Made by a program: the position numbers and the translations under genes. DNA of 41,764 nt from a virus. Below the pieces are notes generated by a model, which was not told the origin of the DNA, did not search any database, and worked only from the letters and a program-made list of their open reading frames with translations. Below, in pieces: positions 25,958 to 33,202 of the stretch; the stretch's first letter is position 1, and each line of letters opens with the position of its first letter. The DNA lies in IMG/VR virus record IMGVR_UViG_3300034148_000087. One strand, 5' to 3'.

Positions 25958-26286
25958 CTCTCGTGATCCTGACGACCCTTCTGTGTCTTGGTTCCGCCGG
26001 CGCGGTGCCCGTTCAAGTGACGGCCGTGAAGCACTTCGAGGACGGGATCTCATCTACGGACGCCCGCTGTAACCTCGCTCCATGCTGGACGGTGTTCCCC
26101 GGAGAACGCGGCTGTGCGCTCGCCGGAGGCTGCGGATCCCCGAACGGCTACGTCAACATCGAGCGCTTCCCGGATTCGGTTCAGTGGGGCACGTTCAAGC
26201 AGAGCGATGCGGAGGGATGCGTGGACATGGACCTCCTGCCGGTGCCGAAGGAGGACTGGGTTTACTGGATTCGGTTGGCGCCATAA
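25948..26286 (+). CDS. Secreted Cys-rich protein (112 aa)
   Basis: Signal-peptide-like MPMTLVILTTLLCLGSAGA, then 6 further Cys. Overlaps the previous gene by 10 nt. Confidence 0.55.
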   Translation: MPMTLVILTTLLCLGSAGAVPVQVTAVKHFEDGISSTDARCNLAPCWTVFPGERGCALAGGCGSPNGYVNIERFPDSVQWGTFKQSDAEGCVDMDLLPVPKEDWVYWIRLAP

Positions 26287-26313
26287 ACCAACAGCTCACC
26301 GTGGGGTTCGGCT

Positions 26314-26652
26314 ATGACGGACGATGCTCCTGAATTCACGTGTCCCAAAAAGACCATGATCGACGGCAGCCCGGTTACCCCGGATCACCGTGAAATTGAT
26401 CCGGTGACTGGCATGCAGAAGGGCTACGTTGTCCTCAGCGAGGAGGAGCGGGCGAAGGGTTTTGTGCGCCCCGTTCGGACCAACTACGTTCACCTGCCTT
26501 GCGGCAAGGAAACCTTCATGGGGCGGGCGCTGGCCGAGACGTACGCGCGCGACCCGAAGTTCTATTCCGGCACCTTCTGCGTTCATTGCAAGGCCCACTT
26601 CGATCTCGCCGAGTTCGTGTGGTCGGGCACCGAGGAGACGCTCGGGTCGTGA
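26314..26652 (+). CDS. Hypothetical Cys-motif protein upstream of the endolysin (112 aa)
   Basis: Cys at FTCPKK, LPCGKE and FCVHCK suggest zinc binding. Translationally coupled to the endolysin (GTGA). Confidence 0.6.
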   Translation: MTDDAPEFTCPKKTMIDGSPVTPDHREIDPVTGMQKGYVVLSEEERAKGFVRPVRTNYVHLPCGKETFMGRALAETYARDPKFYSGTFCVHCKAHFDLAEFVWSGTEETLGS

Positions 26653-27221
26653 TCCACATCCCACGGGTCGCGGAAATCGAACGCGCTGTCTCCCGCCACA
26701 TCGATGTGCCCCGGGTGCTGAGCTTGCACCCGTCTGTCCGCGCTCGCTGCGTTGAGCATCTGGAGGAGGCGCGCGCCGCGAAGGTCCCATTCATCATCGC
26801 CTGCGCTTATAGGTCACCAGAGGAACAGGTGCTGGAGTATGCCAAGGGCAGGAAGGCCCTCGGGGTTGATCCTTCGACCTGGGTGCCCATGCGCCCGGAC
26901 GGACGGGGGATCGTGACGCATGCGCTACCTTGGAGATCCTGGCACCAGTATCGACTCGCCTACGATGTGGCCCTCCTCATGCCCACCGGGAAGATGGTTC
27001 ACTGGAGCGAGGTCGCGGACTTGGACGAGGACGGCCGCGCGGACTGGCTGGAGGTCGTGGAGATTGGAGAATCCCTGGAGATGGAAGCTGGCTATCGGTG
27101 GCCGAGCCGGAAGCATGATGGTCCGCACTTCGAGTTCCATCCTGGCCTGACTCTGGATGTCGCCCAGCAGCGTTTCATGTGGAACACCCTTCCCGATGAC
27201 CGCTTCGAGAGGATTGCCTGA
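26649..27221 (+). CDS. Endolysin, peptidase M15 (VanY / L-alanyl-D-glutamate peptidase-like)
   Basis: GTG (residue 51 of track ORF 26499..27221) overlaps the previous TGA. Motifs ACAYRSPEEQVLEYAKGR, SWHQYRLAYDV (SxHxxGxAxD-type) and DGPHFEF (DxxHxE). Confidence 0.8.
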   Translation: MIHIPRVAEIERAVSRHIDVPRVLSLHPSVRARCVEHLEEARAAKVPFIIACAYRSPEEQVLEYAKGRKALGVDPSTWVPMRPDGRGIVTHALPWRSWHQYRLAYDVALLMPTGKMVHWSEVADLDEDGRADWLEVVEIGESLEMEAGYRWPSRKHDGPHFEFHPGLTLDVAQQRFMWNTLPDDRFERIA

Positions 27222-27326
27222 ATGGGTTCGATCTTGCAATCTTTTCGGGTTTTATGGATACTCCACAGGGTCGTCCGAAAATTCAACCGGAGCCGGAAAT
27301 CCCCGGTTCCATCCTCGGGAGTATCC

Positions 27327-27566
27327 ATGCTGAAGAACTGGCTCACGACCGTCCTTGGGTTTCTGACCGGAGTGTCCGGCGCCACGATGGCCAAATGGTT
27401 CAACGTGGACGGTTCGATCCACTGGGCCGCGGTGGCGTTCGCCGTTCTGGCGTCGTTCTTTGGAGCGGTCGCGAAGGTCTTCAACGTGACGGGTGGAACG
27501 GTCCCGCTCACCAGAGAAGCCGTGGCGCGCACCGAGGGCATCAACGCTTTGCCGCCTGTCAAGTAA
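27327..27566 (+). CDS. Holin-like small membrane protein (79 aa)
   Basis: ATG (residue 36 of track ORF 27222..27566) after GGGAG. MLKNWLTTVLGFLTGVSGA... and a second hydrophobic segment AAVAFAVLASFFGAVA. Follows the endolysin. Confidence 0.5.
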   Translation: MLKNWLTTVLGFLTGVSGATMAKWFNVDGSIHWAAVAFAVLASFFGAVAKVFNVTGGTVPLTREAVARTEGINALPPVK

Positions 27567-27578
27567 GGCGGCCGCTGC

Positions 27579-27779
27579 ATGTCCCTTCTCGCTTTGGTTA
27601 TTACCCTGATCGTCATCGGCGTCCTGCTCTGGATGGTGAACACCTATATTCCCATGGACGCGAAGATCAAAAACCTCATGAACATCGCGGTCGTCGTCGC
27701 CGTGATCTTCTGGCTGCTCTACGCGTTCGGGGTCATCAGTAGCGTCAGCAACGTCAGGGTGCCACGCCTCGACGGGTAG
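27579..27779 (+). CDS. Small two-TM membrane protein (resembles the Thivi_2564 family)
   Basis: MSLLALVITLIVIGVLLWMVNTYIPMDAKIKNLMNIAVVVAVIFWLLYAFGV. The pattern (WxxNTYIPMD.KIK) is as I recall for that family, from memory only. Confidence 0.55.
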   Translation: MSLLALVITLIVIGVLLWMVNTYIPMDAKIKNLMNIAVVVAVIFWLLYAFGVISSVSNVRVPRLDG

Positions 27780-27788
27780 GATCTTTCA

Positions 27789-28247
27789 ATGAATGCCACC
27801 TCCCGGTCCTTCGAGGCCAGGCTGGCTGTACTCGAGGATGCCCTCCCGAGGGAAATCCAGCACAACCGGAACCGCACCGACCTGATCTTCCGGGAGAGGC
27901 AGCGAGAGCTGGTCCGTCAGGCCCGGGAAACCATGCGGCGCCTGAAGGAGCTGAACGGTCACAACGAGGAGACGCGGAAGAACCTCGAACTCACCGTCAG
28001 CCGGGACAAGTACGACGGCCTCGTCAACGGGAGCGTCGCCCAGCTCATCCAGTTCATGGAGAGGACCACTACCTCCAACGCAGACCGCGACAAGGTCCAG
28101 GGGCAGCTCCTCGGGGACGTTAAGACGCTCAACGCCCTGAAGGACAACATCGTCGGGCGGATCGCGATGATCAGTGCTATTGCGAGCTTGCTCGGGGCTG
28201 GAGGGGTTACGGCGCTATTCAACTTCTGGCTCAACAAGATGAAGTGA
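27789..28247 (+). CDS. Coiled-coil protein with a C-terminal TM anchor (lysis accessory candidate)
   Basis: 152 aa with charged helical sequence, then IAMISAIASLLGAGGVTALFNFWL at the C-terminus. Not a canonical i-spanin topology. Confidence 0.45.
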   Translation: MNATSRSFEARLAVLEDALPREIQHNRNRTDLIFRERQRELVRQARETMRRLKELNGHNEETRKNLELTVSRDKYDGLVNGSVAQLIQFMERTTTSNADRDKVQGQLLGDVKTLNALKDNIVGRIAMISAIASLLGAGGVTALFNFWLNKMK

Positions 28248-28297
28248 CGATCTCTGGGGTGAAGGCCCCATAGCGCCCCACCCGTGCAGGTGAGATC

Positions 28298-29086
28298 ATG
28301 AGCTCTCGAAATATCAAGCCGAGGTACTGCGGACCTTCACGTTTAAAGGGTCACGGGAGAGGCCATGCCATGAGCAACAAGACCAAGGACGGCCCGATGA
28401 GATCGGGGGATATGCACCGCGAGCTCAACGACGTCAAGGAACTGCTGGGGGCAACGATATTTCCCAGCGAACCCAACCGAAAACCCACGCGCTGCAAGAG
28501 CCAGCTCGACCGAGTCGAAAAGCAACTGATCCGGATAGAAGCACTGCTCAAAGCCATCTTTGGGCTTTTGAATAGCCAAGAGGCCGTGAAGGTCGAAGCG
28601 TCGGTCGGTCCCTCTGTGCCGCTTGGCGATCCCGATCCCGAAGGCGTTCCAGTTCCACCCACCGTGTCGCGACTCCCGAAAGGAGCAACAGGTATGAAGA
28701 TCCAGGACAAAGGAAAAGTCGGAACCAAGAGCCGTGTGCGACTCTTTCCGAAGGGCAGCACCGGCGAGGACCGTACCATCGACCAGCAGGACCATCCCAC
28801 GACCGTCGAAACCACCGATGCCCTGAAAGCCCAGGGCGTGCGCGTGGCGGAAGATGGCCTCTCGTACATCTACGAGCGCCTCGCGATCACGGACAGGGCC
28901 CCGGACGGAAGCAACGTCCCGGTGTTCCTGAACGCGAAGGTCGACGCCGACCTGACCAAGGGCGAGACGCGTGATCTCGTGGCCGAGATCGAGTGCGAAA
29001 TCGTGGCCGAGGAAGTGCCGGAGGCGAACGACGTGGACAGCATCATCGGCCCGTCCGTGCCTCTGACCGATCCGGATCCCGACTAG
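28298..29086 (+). CDS. Hypothetical protein with a duplicated GPSVPL(G/T)DPDP(E/D) motif (start uncertain, alternative ATG 28370)
   Basis: Last gene before the late/early junction. The two near-identical peptide motifs are encoded at 28607-28642 and 29048-29083. Confidence 0.55.
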   Translation: MSSRNIKPRYCGPSRLKGHGRGHAMSNKTKDGPMRSGDMHRELNDVKELLGATIFPSEPNRKPTRCKSQLDRVEKQLIRIEALLKAIFGLLNSQEAVKVEASVGPSVPLGDPDPEGVPVPPTVSRLPKGATGMKIQDKGKVGTKSRVRLFPKGSTGEDRTIDQQDHPTTVETTDALKAQGVRVAEDGLSYIYERLAITDRAPDGSNVPVFLNAKVDADLTKGETRDLVAEIECEIVAEEVPEANDVDSIIGPSVPLTDPDPD

Positions 29087-29102
29087 TTCCCCCGTGCCAG
29101 GG

Positions 29103-29150
29103 GGCGGGGAGGGGTGGCGATTCTTTGACGGGTCGCTGCCTCCTCCCGCC
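29103..29150 (+). terminator. Long imperfect hairpin after the last late gene (terminator-like, no U-tract)
   Basis: ggcggggaggggtggcga (29103-29120) pairs with gtcgctgcctcctcccgcc (29132-29150). About 17 of 18 positions pair if G.U is allowed. The loop is ttctttgacgg. Confidence 0.3.
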
Positions 29151-29217
29151 TCCACCGTCCTGCCAGCCCTCTAGGGTCCGCCTTGGCGGATACCCACACC
29201 AGAGGCGAATCCCCCCA

Positions 29218-29335
29218 CAAAACTATTTTTGAAATCGATGCTAAGTCGTGTGTCTAGTAGGGGCTACTTGCCACGATTTCCCTGGACATAAACTATCTAG
29301 AATGTAAAATATATGTAGTTACACACTATTAAGGA
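29218..29335. promoter_or_regulatory. AT-rich island at the late/early junction (candidate early promoter region)
   Basis: The only conspicuously AT-rich stretch in a GC-rich genome (aactatttttgaaatcgatgctaag...tagaatgtaaaatatatgtagttacacactatt). Contains TTGAAA, TTGCCA, TAGAAT and TAAACT hexamers, but no clean -35/17/-10 pair by eye. Confidence 0.4.
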
Positions 29336-29563
29336 GGGAAAGGCAATAAGGCCCCGGAGGAAGTAAGGGGAGTAGGGACGCGGTGGAGTGGAAGGGCAAA
29401 CGATGACTCCGCTGGTCAAAGAAAATCCACCAAGACCCGACGGCGGTGGGATGAGCGCGAGATAGCAATCGCGCTGCTTGTAAGGATGATGGCGGCGGGC
29501 TTGAAGCCCGCCGGAAATCCCGAGGCCGGTTCCAAACGCCGGCCACCCACCAAGGAGGACCCC

Positions 29564-29752
29564 ATGCAGAACCCCAGCTTGACCTATGAGCAGTGGAAAG
29601 CCACCCAGAAAGTGGATCGCCGCGTTGCCCAGATCCCGACCGAGCACCACCGCCGCGAGACGGATTGCGTGCGCGCGTCCGATGCCCCTTGCTGCGCGAA
29701 GTGCGGCCGCCCGATGACCGACCTCGAAGCCCTGGTGTACCACGCTCTTTAA
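29564..29752 (+). CDS. Small Cys-motif protein (62 aa)
   Basis: ATG (residue 27 of track ORF 29486..29752) in the motif AAGGAGGACCCCATGC. C-terminal CC.KCG motif. Confidence 0.6.
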   Translation: MQNPSLTYEQWKATQKVDRRVAQIPTEHHRRETDCVRASDAPCCAKCGRPMTDLEALVYHAL

Positions 29753-29768
29753 TCCGAAGGAGGACCCC

Positions 29769-30149
29769 ATGCCAACGCTTACGAAGCCCCTCGTCGTCGC
29801 ATTCATGGCAGAAGCCCGGAGTGCGGTGGAGGAAGTCGCCAGCCGCCATGGGCTGACGGTGGAAAAGATTCGATCGAGCTACAACCAATCAGAGATCGGC
29901 CTTCGCATTGCGCTGACTGTTACCGGCAGTCAGGGGGACAGGGAGCGCAGCAATTTTGATTCGCTGTGTTCCCTGTGCGGGCTGAAGCCCGAGCACTTCC
30001 GGGCGAACGTAGAGGCACAGAGAGAGGCCTACGTGCTGGTGGGATTCCGACCCAACGCCAGGAAACGGCCCGTGCTCCTTCAGCGCGTGCGGGATGGACA
30101 GCAGTTCGTTTTTCCCAAGGTGGTGCTGGAGCAGCTTTACCCCCGTTAG
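29769..30149 (+). CDS. Hypothetical protein (126 aa)
   Basis: ATG in an identical AAGGAGGACCCCATGC context. No family recognised. Confidence 0.65.
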   Translation: MPTLTKPLVVAFMAEARSAVEEVASRHGLTVEKIRSSYNQSEIGLRIALTVTGSQGDRERSNFDSLCSLCGLKPEHFRANVEAQREAYVLVGFRPNARKRPVLLQRVRDGQQFVFPKVVLEQLYPR

Positions 30150-30173
30150 GCTGCCCCAGGCTTGAAGGCCGAA

Positions 30174-30196
30174 AGAGGGGTCAATGTGACCCCTCT
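30174..30196 (+). other. Perfect 9-10 bp hairpin between two early genes
   Basis: agaggggtca-atg-tgacccctct. No U-tract follows, but a second small inverted repeat does (cgcatc gt gatgcg). Confidence 0.5.
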
Positions 30197-30267
30197 CGCA
30201 TCGTGATGCGGTGCCTGACGATGGCCAGGTGGTCACGCAGAACCCTTTTCAAGGAGGACCCTACCCC

Positions 30268-31383
30268 ATGGACGTTCATCAGGTCGATTGGAGGAGTCAG
30301 CAGGGAGCCGATATTGCCCGCCAGAAACTGGGGGAGTACATCAGCAAGCAGGAAGCCAAGGCCCGCGACGCCGTGGCCCGGGTGTTCAATGAAGTGCCCG
30401 ACGACATGATCCTGCCTGCGCATGCGGTGCAGTACGTTGCCGGGACCCAGACGTACGAGGGACAGGTCGTGATGGACCTACCGGCCGAGACGCGGAGGCC
30501 GTTTCTGACCCTTCACAGCAACGCGATGCGGCAGATCGCAGGCAAGCTCGAAATGCCCGCGGCTTTTGCCCAAGAGCTCATCGACGCCGGTCCGTGGGGC
30601 GCAGAGCTGGTGGCCGATAACTTCAACCGGATTACCCGTAACCGGCTGGAGCCAGGAACCCGGGTATTGGTTCGCTCCGTGGGTGATCAGGCGCGCGCGG
30701 TGTTGAGTGATCGATACCGGCGCCTCGACTCACGGCCGGTGCTGGATGCCCTGATGGGTGCGGCCAAGGACAATGGCGCGCTCTTGGTCGATGGCTACTC
30801 CGGTGACGTGAAGGTGTGCGCCAAGTTCATCGTGCCCAGGATTCTGGAGCCGGTGCCCGGTGAGTTTATGGTGTTCGGTGTGTCGTGGTCGAACAGCGAT
30901 TACGGCTGCGGAGCCAACGAGCTGGACAGTTTCTTTGTCCGGCTGATGTGCCTCAACGGCGCCATTGCCGCGGTCGAGATGCGCAAGATCCACCTTGGCG
31001 CCAGGCTGCAGGATGGCATCCAGTATTCGGACGAGACGTATCGCCTGGACACCGAAGCCCTGGCGAGTGCGGTGAAGGACAGCGCCCGATTCCTGCTGAG
31101 CGAGGGCCGGGTGGATTCCCTCAGCGAGGCCATCCGGAAGGCGAATGCGGAGCCGGCGGACGGCAAGGCGCTGGTCGAGCGATTCAAAAGAGCATTCACC
31201 AAGAAAGAGTCGGAGCGCTTGGCCGAAATTTACACCAGCGCCGACGTGGTGAACCTGCCCGCCGGCAATTCGAACTGGCGTTTCAGCAACGCCGTTTCTT
31301 ACCTGGCGCATGAAGTTGGGGATGTGGACGGTCAGCGCGCCCTGGACATGCAGAAGTGGGCCGGGGATCTAGTCGCTGCCTAA
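30268..31383 (+). CDS. DUF932-family protein
   Basis: ATG (residue 20 of the track ORF) after AAGGAGGACCCTACCCC. ARAVLSDRYRRLDSRPVLDAL, the size (371 aa) and the C-terminal NWRFSNAVSYLAHE fit the phage/plasmid DUF932 family. Confidence 0.6.
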   Translation: MDVHQVDWRSQQGADIARQKLGEYISKQEAKARDAVARVFNEVPDDMILPAHAVQYVAGTQTYEGQVVMDLPAETRRPFLTLHSNAMRQIAGKLEMPAAFAQELIDAGPWGAELVADNFNRITRNRLEPGTRVLVRSVGDQARAVLSDRYRRLDSRPVLDALMGAAKDNGALLVDGYSGDVKVCAKFIVPRILEPVPGEFMVFGVSWSNSDYGCGANELDSFFVRLMCLNGAIAAVEMRKIHLGARLQDGIQYSDETYRLDTEALASAVKDSARFLLSEGRVDSLSEAIRKANAEPADGKALVERFKRAFTKKESERLAEIYTSADVVNLPAGNSNWRFSNAVSYLAHEVGDVDGQRALDMQKWAGDLVAA

Positions 31384-31464
31384 TGGTGAGGCCGGGGGCA
31401 CATGCCCCCGTAAACCCCAGCGCGGGTGCCAAGGCCCGCGCCTTTCCAAAGGAGGATCCGACCC

Positions 31465-31653
31465 GTGGAAACGACACGCACCTTGTTGAACACACTGACG
31501 AAGAGGCTGAAGCAGGAGTACACAGACGAGCTGAGCAAGCTCTCCTTTAAGCCCAAGGTTCGCGAGACGCTGATCGATGGGTTTTCGGATGGCGTGCGCA
31601 ATGGAATTCAGCACACCGTCAGGATGCTGGGAGTCACGATCCTCGAAAAATAG
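31465..31653 (+). CDS. Hypothetical protein (62 aa)
   Basis: GTG (residue 14 of track ORF 31426..31653) after AAAGGAGGATCCGACCC. Confidence 0.55.
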   Translation: METTRTLLNTLTKRLKQEYTDELSKLSFKPKVRETLIDGFSDGVRNGIQHTVRMLGVTILEK

Positions 31654-31676
31654 TTACCCCGCAAAGGAGGGCCCGC

Positions 31677-31898
31677 ATGTTCACCTGGAACAGGAGCGAC
31701 GACCTGCCGGAGGAACGGTACAGGGTGTCGTACGGCCGGCGATGGAAGCAGCGCACCAAGCAAGAGCTCCTCTACGCCTGCCGGACTTACAATCGCGACG
31801 AGAACAAAGTACTGGAGAGGCTGACCGCTGGTGAGACGGTGCGAATCGGCCTCGGTTACTGGCGCATGGCTCAACCGGAGGACCCTCATGGACGATAA
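31677..31898 (+). CDS. Hypothetical protein (73 aa)
   Basis: ATG after AAAGGAGGGCCCGC. Confidence 0.6.
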   Translation: MFTWNRSDDLPEERYRVSYGRRWKQRTKQELLYACRTYNRDENKVLERLTAGETVRIGLGYWRMAQPEDPHGR

Positions 31899-32250
31899 GA
31901 TTGTGTACGTTGGACAAAGGAAGGATGGCAACGCTGCGGTCGGCTTCCAGGATGTCTTTGTCGAAGTGACGGTGGACGGGATCACGGAGCGTTCCGCGCT
32001 GAATCCCTTACCGAGCCGCCAGCTGTGGAATCACTCTGCCGGCTTCGAATGGGGTTACGTTGGCAGTGGACCCGCGCAGCTGGCCCTGGCCATCCTGTTG
32101 GATGCAATGCGCCGCTGTGGGGTACCCACGAAGCGCGCGAAACAGCTGGCGATCGAGCGTCACCAGCTTTTTAAGCGGCTTCACGTTGAGCGGTTCGAGC
32201 ATGAGGGCTGGAGGTTGAAACTTGCGGACTTTATTACCTTCGTCCACTGA
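31888..32250 (+). CDS. Hypothetical protein (120 aa), possibly DUF6166-like
   Basis: ATG (residue 20 of track ORF 31831..32250) after GGAGGACCCTC. NHSAGFEWGYVGSGPAQLALAILLDA resembles the motif I recall for DUF6166. Confidence 0.55.
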   Translation: MDDKIVYVGQRKDGNAAVGFQDVFVEVTVDGITERSALNPLPSRQLWNHSAGFEWGYVGSGPAQLALAILLDAMRRCGVPTKRAKQLAIERHQLFKRLHVERFEHEGWRLKLADFITFVH

Positions 32251-32302
32251 GATGGGTGCCAACATCGTTGTGCACTATCACCGGATCGACGGGAGGACTT
32301 CG

Positions 32303-32533
32303 ATGGCCTGGATTAAGATCGGCGCCCCCGGTACGAAGTGGGGACCGTGTGCGAACCCGAAATGCCCGCACCTGGACTGCAAGTCCCTGCGCGATCTGGC
32401 CGACAAGGTCTGTACCGAGTGCGAGGTCCGCATCGGCTACGAAACGCCGATGGTCACGGCGCAGGAGGAGAAAGGTCAGGGGCAGTACGATCATCTGGAT
32501 TGCGCGCTGGTCGTGGCTGAAGGTCAGCGTTGA
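32303..32533 (+). CDS. Small zinc-binding-like protein (76 aa; start uncertain, alternative 32252)
   Basis: ATG after GGGAGGACTTCG. Motifs CANPKCPHLDC and CTEC. Confidence 0.55.
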   Translation: MAWIKIGAPGTKWGPCANPKCPHLDCKSLRDLADKVCTECEVRIGYETPMVTAQEEKGQGQYDHLDCALVVAEGQR

Positions 32534-32543
32534 CAGGAGAAGG

Positions 32544-32568
32544 GCGGGTTCGATTCCCGCTCGCTCAC
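32544..32568 (+). other. tRNA 3'-half-like element (T arm plus acceptor 3' strand)
   Basis: gcggg-TTCGATT-cccgc followed by tcgctca-c. No matching 5' acceptor strand, D arm or anticodon arm lies upstream, where the preceding gene's coding sequence ends at 32533. Confidence 0.55.
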
Positions 32569-32726
32569 CGAGGACTGGCGTGACGGGAGGCGGTGCAACT
32601 CCGCGAACGGTCTCGATGGCAGACAAATGGTGCGGCTGGTCCGGCCGTTAGAGTAGCGGAGGAATCTGCTACGGGGACCTTGGTAGGGAGCGGTGCCGAA
32701 GGATGGGGTCCTCGCGGCGCCGTGAT

Positions 32727-32766
32727 GGGGCAGCCCTCGTGGCAGGGGCTGCCCCGTTTTTCTTTT
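32727..32766 (+). terminator. Rho-independent terminator
   Basis: ggggcagccc...ggggctgcccc forms a 10-bp G/C stem (32727-32755), followed by gtttttctttt. Confidence 0.8.
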
Positions 32767-32784
32767 CGCCCAACGGAGGGACCA

Positions 32785-32991
32785 ATGTCCGAGTTCAAGG
32801 CGTATCTGGTGCGGGACGATAACGGGGAGGACCGCGTCGTTCAGGCAAAAAGTTTTTGCATGGCGGTGACCAACTGGAAGCTGTACATGGCCGAACAGGC
32901 AAAGGCGGAACCTGACTATAAGCCAGGAGACGAGTATGGGTGGGAGCCGACGCAGGTGGTGCTGGTGTCGGATTATCCGGTGATCGTCTGA
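32785..32991 (+). CDS. Hypothetical protein (68 aa)
   Basis: ATG (residue 65 of track ORF 32593..32991) after ACGGAGGGACCA. The upstream part of the track ORF spans the terminator. Confidence 0.6.
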   Translation: MSEFKAYLVRDDNGEDRVVQAKSFCMAVTNWKLYMAEQAKAEPDYKPGDEYGWEPTQVVLVSDYPVIV

Positions 32992-33173
32992 TGGAACCTG
33001 ATTTCATTCTGGTGCGCTGCGCCTGCGGTGGCCGGCTGCTGGTGCCCAATACTAGAACGTGGCGCTTTGCGCGGTGGGTGGGGGATCGCCCGGACGTGGT
33101 CTGGTTCGTTCCCGCCCTGGTCATTATCTGGTTTTTGATCGGCAGCGGGATGGTTTGCCATGCGCGTCAGTAG
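32991..33173 (+). CDS. Small membrane-anchored Cys-motif protein (60 aa)
   Basis: ATGA overlap. CACGG motif and a C-terminal hydrophobic segment VVWFVPALVIIWFLIGSGMV. Confidence 0.55.
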   Translation: MEPDFILVRCACGGRLLVPNTRTWRFARWVGDRPDVVWFVPALVIIWFLIGSGMVCHARQ

Positions 33174-33202
33174 GGTCGAGAACACGCCGAAGGAGGACAA
33201 CG

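Larger units (their letters stand above)
32534..32766 (+). ncRNA. Candidate non-coding RNA / structured 3' UTR ending in an intrinsic terminator
   Basis: 251-nt gap with no credible ORF. The 5' part carries a tRNA T-arm plus acceptor-like element, several local stems follow, and it ends in a strong terminator at 32727-32766. Confidence 0.3.

Noticed and set aside
29218-29335. Calling a specific sigma70 promoter in the AT-rich island
   Set aside because: Hexamers such as TTGCCA/TAAACT and TAGAAT are present, but none forms a good -35/17 bp/-10 pair. The host, and hence its promoter consensus, is also unknown.
29403-29465. 20-codon mini-ORF (MTPLVKENPPRPDGGGMSAR) with an SD-like GGAAGGG upstream, in the early leader
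   Set aside because: It is too short to support from sequence alone. I mention it only as a possible leader peptide inside the junction finding.
32544-32568. Interpreting the tRNA 3'-half-like element as proof of an attP site and a temperate, integrating lifestyle
   Set aside because: I recognised no tyrosine or serine integrase, excisionase or repressor anywhere in the genome. I keep this only as one hypothesis.
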